Of a stretch of 64,000 nucleotides of DNA, positions 36,201-47,169 are shown one piece after another (position 1 is the first letter of the stretch; each line of letters begins with the position of its first letter). Position numbers and translations under genes: made by a program. The DNA lies in contig OY759726.1 in the NCBI GenBank assembly GCA_963662625.1, forward strand, positions 928,001 through 992,000, given 5' to 3'. The notes under the pieces were generated by a model that made no database searches, was not told where the DNA came from, and saw only the letters and a program-made list of their open reading frames with translations. Source of the stretch: Nitrosopumilus sp. (GTDB taxonomy: Archaea; Thermoproteota; Nitrososphaeria; Nitrososphaerales; Nitrosopumilaceae).

Positions 36201-38504
36201 ATGTCTGCAATCCTGTCCGAGAACCTGGGGTACCTCGTACTCATCGGCGTCGGCCTGATAATGTCAATCGCCGTGACCCTCATGGTAAAGGTCGAAACGA
36301 AGTGGCTCGGCACCCGAAAGACCTCGGAGTGGTTCTACACCGCGGGAAGGACGATCAAGACGGGGCTGATCGCGTCGTCCATAGTCTCCGCATGGACGTG
36401 GGCGGCCACGCTGCTGCAGTCGTCCACGGTGACCTTCGAGTTTGGCATAGCCGGGGCCTTCTGGTACGCCGCGGGCGCGAGCATCCAGGTAATCCTGTTC
36501 TCGATACTTGCAATAGAGCTCAAGCGCAAGGCGCCCATGACGCACACGTTTCCGGAGATGCTCTACGTCCGCTACGGGAGGCACTCCCACAAGGTGTTCC
36601 TGTTCTTCGCGCTGATGACGAACACCATAGTCACCGCAATGCTCGTGCTGGGCGGCGCGGCCGTAGTCAACTCGCTCACGGGCGTCAACATAACGCTCGC
36701 GGCGTTTTTGCTCCCCATCGGGATCATCATATACACGATTTTCGGCGGGCTGAAGGCGACCTTCTTTGCAGAATACCTCAACGCCGGGTTCATCTTCGTG
36801 GTGGTCCTAATCTTCGTGACCGTGATCTATTTCGCCAGCCCCAACATCGGGGGGTTCTCCGGGATGTATGACAAACTCAGCGACGCCTCCGTGCTGCAGC
36901 CTGTCGAGGGCAACGTCATGGGGAGCTTTCTGACCCTCGCGTCCATAGGGGCGCTGATCTTCGGCATAATCAACATAGTGGGAAACTTTGGGACCGTGTT
37001 CGTGGACCAGTCGTACTGGCAGAGGGCCATCGCCGCAAGGCCGAAGGCGGCCACGGGCGGGTTCATCATAGGCGGCCTCGCGTGGTTCGCAATCCCGTTT
37101 ACCCTGGCGACCACGCTGGGCCTGGCCGCCGTGGCAACGGGCGTGACGCTGACCCAGGACGAGATCGGCCAAGGGCTGGTGGCGCCCACCGCAGCGGTGG
37201 ACCTGATGGGGGACCTGGGGGCAATACTGATCCTCGCCATAATCTTTACCGCGGTCACCGCCGCGGGTTCCTCCCAGCTCGTCAGCGTGTCGTCGCTGAT
37301 AACCTACGACGTCTTCCGGACATACCTCAAGCCGTCGGCCACGGGGAGGGAGCTTATCCGGATTTCCAGGTTTACCATACTGACCTTTGGCATAGGGATG
37401 GGGATTCTGGCATCCATACTGTTCCAGTTCGGCGTCAGCCTGCAGTACGTCTACCTGATGATGGGGATACTCATCGGCTCGGCCGTAGCCCCTATATCCC
37501 TTGGGATCCTGTGGAAGAAGACAAACCGGTACGCCGCCACGACCGCCGCAATAGCCGGGCTGGCGTGCGGAGTCCTGGCGTGGATCGTCTCGGCAAGCCT
37601 GATGTTTGGCGAAATCTCGATCGAGTCTACCGGCAACATCATCGCCCTCCTGACCGGGAACACAGTATCGATCGCCGTCAGCCTGACAATCACCGTAGTC
37701 GGGAGCATGCTCATTCCGGAGAAGTTTGACTTCCGCGCGCTCAGGCAGAAGATCCTCCTGGTCGACGACAAGGTACGCTCCATGATAAAGCACGACACCG
37801 ACGAAAAACTGCTCCAGAAGGCATCGACGCTTTGCAAGAGGGTGGGCTTCGGGATCGCGGCATTCCTCGTGATCGTCTGGCCGGTGACGTTCTACGCAAC
37901 CGAATACGTCTTCACCGTGGAGTCGTTCACCGCCTGGATCGTCCTGGCGCTGGTCTGGGCGTTCGGCGCCGCCGCCGTGGTTCTGCTTTTGCCCGTAATA
38001 GAGGCCAGGCACAGCATAATGGAAATCCTCACGCGTGCAAGGTCAACCCGCCCGTTTGAGGACAACCTGGACGCGGACGACTCGTCTGACGCGACCGTGA
38101 TGAAGATCCTCGTGCCGGTCGACGGCTCGGTAAAGTCCCTCAAGGCCCTCAACAACGCGAATTACCTGTTCAGGGGATCTGCGAAAGTGAAGATTTACCT
38201 GCTGCACGTGATCGAGTGGCCCGACGAGGACGACGAGAACATGGACGAGGAACTCAGCTCCCAGATGCATGAGGAGGGCAGGATGATGCTGCGCAGCGTT
38301 GTGGTGCCGCAGCAGGTCGGCGACTACAAACGGATAGTAAAGCTCGGGGATCCCCCGGCCAAGATCGTGGAGGTGGCAGACAAGCTCGGCGTCGACCTCA
38401 TCGCCATGGGGCAGAAGGGGCTGGGCAGGTCGGAGGACGACCTCGGCCACGTCACGCGGAGGGTCCTGAAGATCACGCACAAACCCGTGATCCTGCTGAA
38501 CTGA
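36201..38504 (+). CDS. dur3: DUR3-type urea active transporter (SSS family) with C-terminal universal stress protein domain
   Basis: SAWTWAATLLQS, NFGTVFVDQSYWQRAIAA DUR3 motifs; C-terminal KILVPVDGS...GDP...DLIAMG...PVILL. Confidence 0.92.
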   Translation: MSAILSENLGYLVLIGVGLIMSIAVTLMVKVETKWLGTRKTSEWFYTAGRTIKTGLIASSIVSAWTWAATLLQSSTVTFEFGIAGAFWYAAGASIQVILFSILAIELKRKAPMTHTFPEMLYVRYGRHSHKVFLFFALMTNTIVTAMLVLGGAAVVNSLTGVNITLAAFLLPIGIIIYTIFGGLKATFFAEYLNAGFIFVVVLIFVTVIYFASPNIGGFSGMYDKLSDASVLQPVEGNVMGSFLTLASIGALIFGIINIVGNFGTVFVDQSYWQRAIAARPKAATGGFIIGGLAWFAIPFTLATTLGLAAVATGVTLTQDEIGQGLVAPTAAVDLMGDLGAILILAIIFTAVTAAGSSQLVSVSSLITYDVFRTYLKPSATGRELIRISRFTILTFGIGMGILASILFQFGVSLQYVYLMMGILIGSAVAPISLGILWKKTNRYAATTAAIAGLACGVLAWIVSASLMFGEISIESTGNIIALLTGNTVSIAVSLTITVVGSMLIPEKFDFRALRQKILLVDDKVRSMIKHDTDEKLLQKASTLCKRVGFGIAAFLVIVWPVTFYATEYVFTVESFTAWIVLALVWAFGAAAVVLLLPVIEARHSIMEILTRARSTRPFEDNLDADDSSDATVMKILVPVDGSVKSLKALNNANYLFRGSAKVKIYLLHVIEWPDEDDENMDEELSSQMHEEGRMMLRSVVVPQQVGDYKRIVKLGDPPAKIVEVADKLGVDLIAMGQKGLGRSEDDLGHVTRRVLKITHKPVILLN

Positions 38505-38528
38505 AGCGGCGCGGGCCCCGCCCCCGGG

Positions 38529-39452
38529 CTAGCTCTTCCTGATTCCAGAAAACGGGGCCCCGATGCAAGCCTGCCTCACGTGCCCGACAACCCCGAGGAC
38601 CGCGTCCTTCACGTCTTCCGTCCGGCTTCCGAGGATCCTGACCAGCAGCCCGTTGCCGTCCCTCATGACGCTTGCCCCGCCGGAGACCCCGCCTCCCGAA
38701 ACCACGCCCCTGATCCTGCCGTGCAGATCCCGGACGTTCTTCCCTTCGGTCAGGATGTAGACGGATCCGGCCACGGAACTGTCCCCTAGAACTCCGAACG
38801 ACGCCAGTCTCTGTTTCTTCGGCTCCAGGTTCGCGGCGTCGGTAAACCTCAGGATTTTCTCCTGGTTGGTGGCCCTGGTCTTGACGTAGCACGCGTCGTA
38901 CTCGAACGCCTCCCCCATGGCCACCCTGCCCGGCGTGATGATCTCCGAATAAACCATGGTGGCCGAGTCATGCACGCTGAGGTTCGTCTCCTGGTAGAAC
39001 CTAGATCCCCCGTAAGGAATGATCTGGTCCGGGACGAATTCCAGGTACGCCCCCTCCTCCAGCGTCACGTTGACCGCCTGCACCGCGCTGTTGGAGTCCA
39101 TGCCGTAGATCCTGGTGGCCCCCTGCGTCGTGACATGCGCCATCGAGCCCCTCTTCATCGTGATGTCGATCCTGTACCTGTCCCCCTGCAAGATTCCCCC
39201 CGACGCGGAGACGATGTAGAGGTGGGCCATGCCAGGACAGCGCTCGTCGCAGTACAGCGCCCTCTGCGCATGCAGCGGCACCTCCGAAAACTGCTCCCCT
39301 ATGAAGGTCTTCCCGCCCCCGTCTCTCTGAAAAACCAGCCGGAGCGCGCCCTTCTTCCCGGCCTTTCCCACGGCAAGCTGCCTCACGTCAGAGTCAAAGG
39401 CCCTGATGCCCTCTGGAATGCGGGCGGACGCGGAAAAATCCCCGCCGGTCAT
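38529..39452 (-). CDS. ureD: Urease accessory protein UreD
   Basis: GGILQGD, TTQGATRIY, PDQIIPY, EIITPGR. Confidence 0.93.
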   Translation of the reverse strand: MTGGDFSASARIPEGIRAFDSDVRQLAVGKAGKKGALRLVFQRDGGGKTFIGEQFSEVPLHAQRALYCDERCPGMAHLYIVSASGGILQGDRYRIDITMKRGSMAHVTTQGATRIYGMDSNSAVQAVNVTLEEGAYLEFVPDQIIPYGGSRFYQETNLSVHDSATMVYSEIITPGRVAMGEAFEYDACYVKTRATNQEKILRFTDAANLEPKKQRLASFGVLGDSSVAGSVYILTEGKNVRDLHGRIRGVVSGGGVSGGASVMRDGNGLLVRILGSRTEDVKDAVLGVVGHVRQACIGAPFSGIRKS

Positions 39453-40108
39453 GTCTTTGCGCCTGGCAAGGCCGCCTTGGGCGGCGCGTCAAACAGCACG
39501 TCACGGATGATGTGCCGCGCCACCTCGTCGATTCCCTCGCCGGTCATGCAATTTATGAACAGGAACGGCCTGTCCTTCCTCAGCCGCACGGCGTCGTTTT
39601 TCATGACTTCCAGGTCCGCCCCCACGAGCGGGGCCAGGTCGATCTTGTTTATGACCAGGAGGTCGCAGCTTTCGATGCCCAGCCCGCCCTTCCTTGGGTA
39701 CTTGTCCCCGCCCGCGACGTCGATGATGTACACGAAATAGTCGGCAAGGAGCGGGCTGAACGTGGTCGTGATGTTGTCCCCGCCGCTCTCTATGACTATG
39801 AGGTCCAGCTCGGGGTGCCCCCCCTCCATCTCCTCTATCACGGCCATGTTCATCGACGGATCCTCCCTTATGGCGGTATGGGGGCAGCCGCCCGTGGCGA
39901 GGCCCACCACCAGATCCTCGGGCAGCAGCCCGCGGTCCGTGGCCAGGTTCTGCCTCATCCTGTCCGCGTCCTCCTTGGAGATCACGTCGTTTGATATGAT
40001 GCTGACGGCGTACCTTTTTTTTGCGAGGGCCGGGACCACCCGCTCTATCAGCATGCTCTTACCCGATCCCACCGGACCGCCAATGCCCACCCTTGGAATC
40101 CTGGCCAT
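39449..40108 (-). CDS. ureG: Urease accessory GTPase UreG
   Basis: GGPVGSGKS, TGGCPHTAIRED, ESGGDN, NKID; start ATG 40108. Confidence 0.97.
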   Translation of the reverse strand: MARIPRVGIGGPVGSGKSMLIERVVPALAKKRYAVSIISNDVISKEDADRMRQNLATDRGLLPEDLVVGLATGGCPHTAIREDPSMNMAVIEEMEGGHPELDLIVIESGGDNITTTFSPLLADYFVYIIDVAGGDKYPRKGGLGIESCDLLVINKIDLAPLVGADLEVMKNDAVRLRKDRPFLFINCMTGEGIDEVARHIIRDVLFDAPPKAALPGAKT

Positions 40109-40113
40109 CCCTC

Positions 40114-40815
40114 TCACGTAATGAACATCTTGGAGTCCATCTCCTCGTGCTGCATCTGGCTGATCTCTATCTGCGGCGAAAACTGCCACATGTCCTCGAC
40201 CGACTTCGCGGCGCTTTCCCTGGCAATCCTCAGCATAAGCGGCTTCAGGCCGTGAATCACCCCCTGGCCCTCGAAATGCTGGATCATCCCAAGGCGCAGC
40301 GCCGCGCCCACGGTGCTCACGACAAAGCCGTACATCAGCATGAGCAGGGATCTCTCCCCGGTGATCCCCAGCGCGTTGCAGCACGCTGCGAGAGACACCG
40401 GGTAGACTCCCGTGACGCCCCCCTCCTGCATCTCGCCGTAGTACCAGTTCAGGACCCTGTCCCCCCCGTGAAACTCCCTGACGCACCTTGCCATCTGGAT
40501 TCCTGACCTGGAGGACGCATCCCTGGCCTCCCTGACCGCCCTGGTGGAGCTGCACGCCGCATCTACCTCCCTGATCTTCTCCAAGTCCCCCGACACGCAG
40601 TGCGCGTGCGCGTTTGCCAGCGCCACGCAGTCGCAGGGGCCGAGCTGTTGCTCCAGGCAAACCCTGTTGAACTCGGCCAGTTCGGGCGCCGTGGTGACCT
40701 TCCCGTCCATGAACAGGCTCTCCAGGCCGCTGGACGTCGCAAACAGCCCGGTCGGAAAAAACGAGTCGGACAGCTGCATCATGTCCAGTTCCCACCCGGG
40801 GCTACCCGTGCCCAT
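40114..40815 (-). CDS. ureF: Urease accessory protein UreF
   Basis: QLSDSFFPTG..A.S.GLE; C-terminal HEEMDSKMFIT. Confidence 0.95.
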   Translation of the reverse strand: MGTGSPGWELDMMQLSDSFFPTGLFATSSGLESLFMDGKVTTAPELAEFNRVCLEQQLGPCDCVALANAHAHCVSGDLEKIREVDAACSSTRAVREARDASSRSGIQMARCVREFHGGDRVLNWYYGEMQEGGVTGVYPVSLAACCNALGITGERSLLMLMYGFVVSTVGAALRLGMIQHFEGQGVIHGLKPLMLRIARESAAKSVEDMWQFSPQIEISQMQHEEMDSKMFIT

Positions 40816-41287
40816 GCACATCCGCTCCCGCATGCGGGGTGAAAACCACCTCCTCCGTGGACAGCTCCACGTGGCCGGCAATCTCTGAGAACAGCCTGCC
40901 AAAAACCTCCAGCTCGGTTCTCGCCTGGATCGGAAAGGACACCACGTCGCCCCTTGCCGAAAACGGCCTGTGCCTGTTCCCGATGACGTGCCCGACCAGC
41001 ACCATGTGGGACGCCTCGCTGGTCTTCAGTCTGACCGAAATGACCTTCTCCGGGAGCTGCTCTACCACTATGGTCCTCCCGCCGCCCGACAGCACGTCGC
41101 CGTGGCGCAGGGACTGGCCCGCCTCCAGGGCGAGGGCCACGTCGGTCCCCCTGTCGGTCCGCCGCCGCATCCTCTTCTTCCCAAGATCCGACCTGGGCAC
41201 CCGGAGCCGCTCGTAGTCCCCCTCCTCGGGGGGAGCGTACCCCTTGTCATGGAAAACGTTTCCGGAAATCGACGTGACTGTCAGCAC
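40802..41287 (-). CDS. ureE: Urease accessory Ni chaperone UreE
   Basis: TDRG...[15 protein letters not shown], His-containing tail; GTG start inferred. Confidence 0.92.
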   Translation of the reverse strand: MLTVTSISGNVFHDKGYAPPEEGDYERLRVPRSDLGKKRMRRRTDRGTDVALALEAGQSLRHGDVLSGGGRTIVVEQLPEKVISVRLKTSEASHMVLVGHVIGNRHRPFSARGDVVSFPIQARTELEVFGRLFSEIAGHVELSTEEVVFTPHAGADVHGHG

Positions 41288-41369
41288 GGTAACCGGTGCA
41301 CCGATCTGGGTTATATCTTGTTGGTCTTTCCCTTTAATTATTAAATACGTCGCCTGGGTAACAGATCCA

Positions 41370-41672
41370 ATGATGCTTACCCCGCGGGAGATGGACAAGC
41401 TGCACATTTTTCTGGCCGCGCAGCTTGCCCGGCGGAGGATGGGCCGGGGGCTGAAGCTGAACCACCCGGAGGCGGTGGCGATAATCGCGGACTACATTCT
41501 GGAGGGCGCGCGGGACGGAAGGTCGGTGCCCGACCTCATGAGCTCGGGAAAGCGGGTCCTGACAAAGGACGACGTGCTGCCCGAGGTGCCGGAACTGATC
41601 CACTCGATACAGGTAGAGGCCACGTTCGACGATGGGACGAAGCTCGTGACCGTGCACGACCCCATAGTGTGA
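41370..41672 (+). CDS. ureA: Urease gamma subunit
   Basis: [10 protein letters not shown]...KLNHPEA...[17 protein letters not shown]. Confidence 0.97.
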   Translation: MMLTPREMDKLHIFLAAQLARRRMGRGLKLNHPEAVAIIADYILEGARDGRSVPDLMSSGKRVLTKDDVLPEVPELIHSIQVEATFDDGTKLVTVHDPIV

Positions 41673-42046
41673 GGCGCATGAAGCCGGGCGAATACATGAT
41701 ATCCGAAGGCGAGATCATCGCCCACCGGGGCAAGGCGACGGTCTCGCTGCAGGTGACCAACACGGGCGACAGGCCGGTGCAGGTCGGATCCCACACGCAT
41801 TTCTTCGAGGTGAACAAGGCGCTTTCCTTCCAGAGGGAGAGGGCATACGGGTACCACCTCAACATCCCGGCAGGCACCTCGGTGAGGTTCGAGCCTGGAG
41901 ATTCCCGGGGAGTGGAGCTGACAGAATACGGCGGGCGGAGGGCCGTCTTTGGCTTCAGCGGCCTGGTCAACGGGAGCCTGGACGAGAAAAGGGGCGACGC
42001 GATCTGCAAGGCCAGGGAGAGGGGATTCAAGGGGGTCTCTGAGTGA
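41669..42046 (+). CDS. ureB: Urease beta subunit
   Basis: [28 protein letters not shown]. Confidence 0.97.
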   Translation: MRRMKPGEYMISEGEIIAHRGKATVSLQVTNTGDRPVQVGSHTHFFEVNKALSFQRERAYGYHLNIPAGTSVRFEPGDSRGVELTEYGGRRAVFGFSGLVNGSLDEKRGDAICKARERGFKGVSE

Positions 42047-43755
42047 CGCTGGCCATCCCTAGGAGCAGGTACGTGGATCTCTTCGGCCCGACCGCGGGCG
42101 ACCGGGTGAGGCTCGGAGACACAGACCTGATCGTCGAGGTAGAAAGGGACCTGATCAAGTACGGCGACGAGACCGTCTTCGGCGGCGGAAAGAGCGCCCG
42201 GGACGGCATGGGCCAGGCAAGCGGCGTCACCAGGGAGGGATCGCTGGATCTGGTGATAACAAACGCGATAATCATGGATCCCGTGCTGGGGATAGTAAAG
42301 GGCGACATCGGGATCAAGGACGGAAGGATAGCCGGGATCGGCAATTCGGGCAACCCCAACATCATGGACGGCGTCGACCTGGTCATCTCGTCCAACACCG
42401 AGATCATCGCGGGGGAGCACACCATCTGCACCCCGGGGACCATAGACACCCACATCCATTTCATCTCCCCGCAGCAGGCCGTCGAGGCGATCTGCAACGG
42501 GACGACCACCATGATCGGGGGCGGCACCGGGCCGGCCGACGGGACAAACGCGACGACCTGCACGCCCGGGGCCTGGAACATCCACAGGATGATCGAGGCG
42601 GCCGAGGAGTTCCCCCTCAACTTTGGCTTCCTGTGCAAGGGAAACGATTCCCTGGAACCGGCCCTGCTGGAACAGGTCGAGGCGGGCGCATGCGGCCTGA
42701 AACTGCACGAGGACTGGGGATCCACCCCCGCGGCGATCGACTCTGCCCTGCGCGTGGCCGAAAAGACCGACACCCAGGTGGCAATCCACACCGACACGCT
42801 GAACGAGTGCGGCTTTGTAGACGACACGATCGAGGCGATCGCCGGCAGGACCATACACACCTACCACACGGAGGGCGCGGGCGGCGGGCACGCGCCGGAC
42901 ATCATGAAGGTGGTCGCAGAGAGCAACGTGCTCCCGTCCTCCACGAACCCCACCAGGCCGTTCACGGTAAACACCCTGGCAGAGCACCTTGACATGATGA
43001 TGGTGTGCCACCACCTCAACCCTTCGGTGCCCGAGGACGTATCGTTTGCCGAATCGAGGATCCGGGGCGAAACCATAGCGGCAGAGGACGTCCTGCATGA
43101 CATCGGCGCCATAAGCATGATGTCCTCTGACAGCCAGGCCATGGGGCGCGTGGGCGAGGTCACGACCAGAAACTGGCAGACTGCCGACAAAATGAAGAAG
43201 ATGACCGGGGCTCTGCCCGGGGAGGCCGGCAGCAACGACAACCTGAGGGTCAAGCGGTACCTGGCAAAAATCACCATAAACCCGGCGATAACCCACGGGA
43301 TATCGGAGTATGTCGGGTCCATGGAGCCCGGAAAACTTGCGGACATCGTGGTCTGGACCCCGCAGTTCTTCGGCATAAGGCCCAAGCTCGTCATCAAGGG
43401 CGGGCTCATCGCGTATTCCCTGATGGGCGATCCAAACGCGTCTATACCCACCACGGAGCCCGTATACTACAGGCCGATGTTTGGCGCGATGGGAAACGCA
43501 AAACACTCCACCTCCCTGACGTTTACCTCGGGGCTGGCACTCGAGAAGGGCCTGGAGTCCGCGCTGAACGTAAGGAAGAGGCTGGTCCCGGTCAAGGGCT
43601 GCCGCACCATAGGCAAGAAGGACATGGTGCACAACGACCTGATGCCAAACGTGGAGATCAACCCCGAGACGTACGAGGTGCGGGTCGACGGAAACACGGC
43701 AACCGTAAACCCGTCAGACAGGCTTTCGCTCTCCAGGCTCTACAGCCTGTACTGA
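42043..43755 (+). CDS. ureC: Urease alpha subunit
   Basis: [41 protein letters not shown]. Confidence 0.98.
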   Translation: MTLAIPRSRYVDLFGPTAGDRVRLGDTDLIVEVERDLIKYGDETVFGGGKSARDGMGQASGVTREGSLDLVITNAIIMDPVLGIVKGDIGIKDGRIAGIGNSGNPNIMDGVDLVISSNTEIIAGEHTICTPGTIDTHIHFISPQQAVEAICNGTTTMIGGGTGPADGTNATTCTPGAWNIHRMIEAAEEFPLNFGFLCKGNDSLEPALLEQVEAGACGLKLHEDWGSTPAAIDSALRVAEKTDTQVAIHTDTLNECGFVDDTIEAIAGRTIHTYHTEGAGGGHAPDIMKVVAESNVLPSSTNPTRPFTVNTLAEHLDMMMVCHHLNPSVPEDVSFAESRIRGETIAAEDVLHDIGAISMMSSDSQAMGRVGEVTTRNWQTADKMKKMTGALPGEAGSNDNLRVKRYLAKITINPAITHGISEYVGSMEPGKLADIVVWTPQFFGIRPKLVIKGGLIAYSLMGDPNASIPTTEPVYYRPMFGAMGNAKHSTSLTFTSGLALEKGLESALNVRKRLVPVKGCRTIGKKDMVHNDLMPNVEINPETYEVRVDGNTATVNPSDRLSLSRLYSLY

Positions 43756-43853
43756 CCGCCTCTAGTCGACATCGACTATTCCGCGGCCGGCGCCTGGTAT
43801 ATAAAGAAAATAACACCTTGAACTGCTAAGTAATCCGGGCCCAGCTTACCTTC

Positions 43854-45842
43854 GTGAATCGCGGATTCGTCGCCATCATCCCGATCTTGGTCATTGTTGC
43901 CGTTGCCGGTTCTCCCCAGGCCGTCTTCGGCGCCGGCGCCATCTCAGAAGGCTTTACCATAGGTGATGTGCTTGACGAGCAGTGGGGCTGGTTCATAGTA
44001 GTCGGACTCGGAGCCGTCTTTGCCATCGTAATCACCCTTGAGACCAAGGTTGAGGAGAAATATCTGGGCGTCTCCCAAACTTCCGAGTGGTTCAACACCG
44101 CAGGAAGGGTCATCAAGACGGGCCTGACTGCCGCGGCAATCGTCTCGGCATGGACGTGGGCCGCAACCCTGCTGCAGTCCTCCACCGTGGCGTACCAGTA
44201 CGGGATAAGCGGACCGTTCTGGTACGCGGCTGGAGCGTCCATCCAGGTGCTGCTGTTCGGGATACTGGCCATAGAGCTCAAGAGAAAGGCCCCAAACGCG
44301 CACACGTTCCTAGAAATCATACGAGCAAGATACGGTGACGGCGCCCACCGCGTCTTCTTGGTTTTTGCGCTGATGACCAACATGATCGTGACTGCCATGC
44401 TCCTCCTGGGAGGGGCGGCGGTTGTCAACGGGCTGACCGGAATGGACATCTCCCTTGCGGCGTTCCTCATACCGATAGGCGTGATGATATACACCCTCGT
44501 CGGGGGGCTGAAGGCCACGTTCGTCGCCGACTATATGCACACCATAATAATCTTCATAGTGATCCTGACGTTCGTGGCCACGGTCTACTTTGTAAGCCCG
44601 GTCACGGGGGGGATCGAGGGGATGTTTGACAAGCTCACGGAGGCCGCCAGGCTCAACCCCGTCGAAGGAAACGCGATGGGCGCGTACCTGACCATGGCCT
44701 CCCTCGGAGGCCTCATATTCGGCATAATCAACATCGTCGGGAACTTTGGAACGGTGTTCGTAGACCAGGCGTACTGGCAGAGGGCCATAGCGGCCCAGCC
44801 CACCTCCACCGTCAAAGGCTTCCTGCTGGGCGGCGCGTGCTGGTTCGCGATCCCCTTCACGCTGGCCACCACCATGGGGCTCACCGCGGTGGCGCTTGGC
44901 GTTGACCTGACCCCGGAGCAGGTCCAGCTGGGGCTGACCGTGCCGGCGGCGGCGTCGGTCCTCATGGGCGAGGTGGGCGCGGTGATGGTGCTTACCATGC
45001 TTTTCATGGCGGTGACTTCTGCAGGATCGGCCGAACTGATCGCGGTGTCGTCGCTTATAACGTATGACGTGTACCGGACGTACAAGAACCCGCAGGCGTC
45101 AGGCAAGAAGCTGCTGAAGGTCTCCAGGGCGACCATCGTAGGGTTTGGAATAGGGATGGGCGGCCTGGCCGTGGTGCTGTTGAGCATGGGGCTGAGCCTG
45201 GGATTCGTCTACCTGGCGATGGGGGTCCTCATCGGATCGGCGGTAATCCCCATAGCCCTGACCATAACGTGGAAGCGGACCAACAAGTACGCCGCCACGA
45301 TCGGCGCCATAGCCGGGCTGTTCGTCGCGCTGGGAACGTGGGTGGGAGTCGCCGCCTCCCTGCCCGAGCACGGCGGGGTGGTCTCCCTTGCGAGCCTCGG
45401 GAACAACTATTCCATGCTGTTTGGCAACATCGCAGGAATCCTCACGGGCGGCGCCATAGCCGGACTGGGAAGCCTGGCTACGAGGACCAAGTTTGACTGG
45501 GAGGAGATGAAACAAAAGATCAAGCTCGTCGACCTGAGCGAGGAGGACGCGCGCAAGCTCGACGCCGACGAGGCCACCCTCAAGAAGGCCTTCAGGTTCA
45601 GCCTCAAGGGCGGCGGCCTGATGACGCTCGTCCTGATAATAGCGTGGCCCATGCCGCTGTTCTTTGCAGGATACGTGTTTGACATCAACTTCTACTCGCT
45701 GTGGGTGGGGATATCCATAGTGTGGGTGAGCGCCGCGACGTTCTTCATCGTGGGCCTGCCGATAATCGAGGCAAGGCACGGGATTGCCAAAGTCGTGCGG
45801 GGCAACGCGCCGGAGCAGGATTCCGGAGGGGACGCCAAATGA
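43854..45842 (+). CDS. dur3: Second DUR3-type urea active transporter
   Basis: Same DUR3 motifs; extra N-terminal signal-like segment; no USP domain. Confidence 0.92.
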   Translation: MNRGFVAIIPILVIVAVAGSPQAVFGAGAISEGFTIGDVLDEQWGWFIVVGLGAVFAIVITLETKVEEKYLGVSQTSEWFNTAGRVIKTGLTAAAIVSAWTWAATLLQSSTVAYQYGISGPFWYAAGASIQVLLFGILAIELKRKAPNAHTFLEIIRARYGDGAHRVFLVFALMTNMIVTAMLLLGGAAVVNGLTGMDISLAAFLIPIGVMIYTLVGGLKATFVADYMHTIIIFIVILTFVATVYFVSPVTGGIEGMFDKLTEAARLNPVEGNAMGAYLTMASLGGLIFGIINIVGNFGTVFVDQAYWQRAIAAQPTSTVKGFLLGGACWFAIPFTLATTMGLTAVALGVDLTPEQVQLGLTVPAAASVLMGEVGAVMVLTMLFMAVTSAGSAELIAVSSLITYDVYRTYKNPQASGKKLLKVSRATIVGFGIGMGGLAVVLLSMGLSLGFVYLAMGVLIGSAVIPIALTITWKRTNKYAATIGAIAGLFVALGTWVGVAASLPEHGGVVSLASLGNNYSMLFGNIAGILTGGAIAGLGSLATRTKFDWEEMKQKIKLVDLSEEDARKLDADEATLKKAFRFSLKGGGLMTLVLIIAWPMPLFFAGYVFDINFYSLWVGISIVWVSAATFFIVGLPIIEARHGIAKVVRGNAPEQDSGGDAK

Positions 45843-46360
45843 CCCACTGCAGCGGGTGCGGAATAACGCTGGGCTGGAAAAAGTACAAGTTCCAGAGGAT
45901 GTGGCGCATTCCGGGGTACTACTGCAAGCCGTGCATGCTGGATCTCGGACAGGACTTTGACAAGTACGGGAGAATCACGTTGCCCACTAGAAAGTGCGAC
46001 CTCTGCGACGTCGACTATTACTTCCTAAAGCCGTACAACAGGGGCCCCAAACACCGCAACTACTGCCACGTGTGCCACGAGGCCGCAACCAACGGCGTCA
46101 TACCAACCTCCAAGGACCTGCCGCAGCCGCCCAAGAAACTCCCGCTCGTCATGATGATCTTCGCCGGCCTCGGGGGCTTCATGATGCTCGCGGGGCTGGC
46201 ATTCACGATGATGTCCACGGGGAGCGACGCCAGCATCACGAACATCCTGTTTGGCGCGATAACCACGGCCCTCGGGTTCGTCCTGATCAGAAAGACGCTG
46301 AAATCCCGCTCCATGCTGCTGGGAAAAAAAAACGTGGCGCCGACTGAAGCCGCGAGGTAG
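45839..46360 (+). CDS. Double zinc-finger protein with two C-terminal TM helices
   Basis: CSGC, CKPC, CDLC, CHVC; ATGA overlap with the dur3 stop. Confidence 0.75.
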   Translation: MTHCSGCGITLGWKKYKFQRMWRIPGYYCKPCMLDLGQDFDKYGRITLPTRKCDLCDVDYYFLKPYNRGPKHRNYCHVCHEAATNGVIPTSKDLPQPPKKLPLVMMIFAGLGGFMMLAGLAFTMMSTGSDASITNILFGAITTALGFVLIRKTLKSRSMLLGKKNVAPTEAAR

Positions 46361-46373
46361 CCGGGGGGCCCGG

Positions 46374-47129
46374 TCACCGCCCGCCGCCGTGATCCTGCCG
46401 GCCCGCGCCATCTGCGGGCGGGTTCAGGTACTTTACGCCCTGCCCGCCATCGATCTGGTAGCCTGCCCCCCGCCAGAAGCCCTCGTTCTGGACGTCCCTG
46501 ACCCACAGCTTGACAAACCCGTTGCGCCCCAGCTCCCCCTCCATGTGCCCCAGGAGAATCCCTGCTCTCCCCTGCCCCTCCCTTGAAACCTGTATGGAGA
46601 CCACGGTGGGCTCGTACTCGCCCATCTCCGGGTTGAAGTAGTCCACCAGCGCCCTTCCTATGAGGGACTCGCCCTCGTACAGCAAAAAAACCGAGAGGGG
46701 GACCCCCCGGTCCGGCGACTCCACGATCCCGGACGCCGTCCTCACGGACACCCGCCCGGACACGACCTCCTCCTTCTCGACGTGCGGCACCCTGCCGACA
46801 ATGTGTCGAAAGTACCCGAAACTGTCCCTTAAAATCCCGGCAATGTCGTCGCACAGCTGCAGGGACGCGTTTGCCACCAGCCACACGTAGTGCGAGTCTA
46901 TGGTGCCAGCCCTCCGCCCCCCGCTGAAGATCATCGCGCTCAGCACCGTCCCGTCCTTGAGCGAGGACCTGACGGCGTACCCCCTCTCCTTGAGCGACTC
47001 TGCCAGCGAGTTTAGCACCTGGTCGGAGTACTGCGAGTGCACCGAAAATATCATGGTTGCCACCCCGGGGTCGACCAGCATCTCGTCGCGCGAAAAGACT
47101 CTCCCGTCCACCAGGAACCTCGGCTCCAC
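46374..47129 (-). CDS. Hypothetical protein with C-terminal GNAT-like domain
   Basis: IQVSREGQGRAGILL (motif A-like) and NEGFWRGAGY (motif B-like). Confidence 0.6.
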   Translation of the reverse strand: MEPRFLVDGRVFSRDEMLVDPGVATMIFSVHSQYSDQVLNSLAESLKERGYAVRSSLKDGTVLSAMIFSGGRRAGTIDSHYVWLVANASLQLCDDIAGILRDSFGYFRHIVGRVPHVEKEEVVSGRVSVRTASGIVESPDRGVPLSVFLLYEGESLIGRALVDYFNPEMGEYEPTVVSIQVSREGQGRAGILLGHMEGELGRNGFVKLWVRDVQNEGFWRGAGYQIDGGQGVKYLNPPADGAGRQDHGGGR

Positions 47130-47169
47130 AGCACGGCTGTGGGCCGGGCGGCATAAAACGGTATTGGGC

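Noticed and set aside
39449-40795. Apparent 448-aa extended UreG
   Set aside because: The N-terminal half is an off-frame read through ureF; real UreG starts at ATG 40108
41536-43632. 698-aa minus-strand ORF opposite the urease genes
   Set aside because: Antisense shadow of high-GC3 coding sequence; no motifs; fully overlaps ureABC
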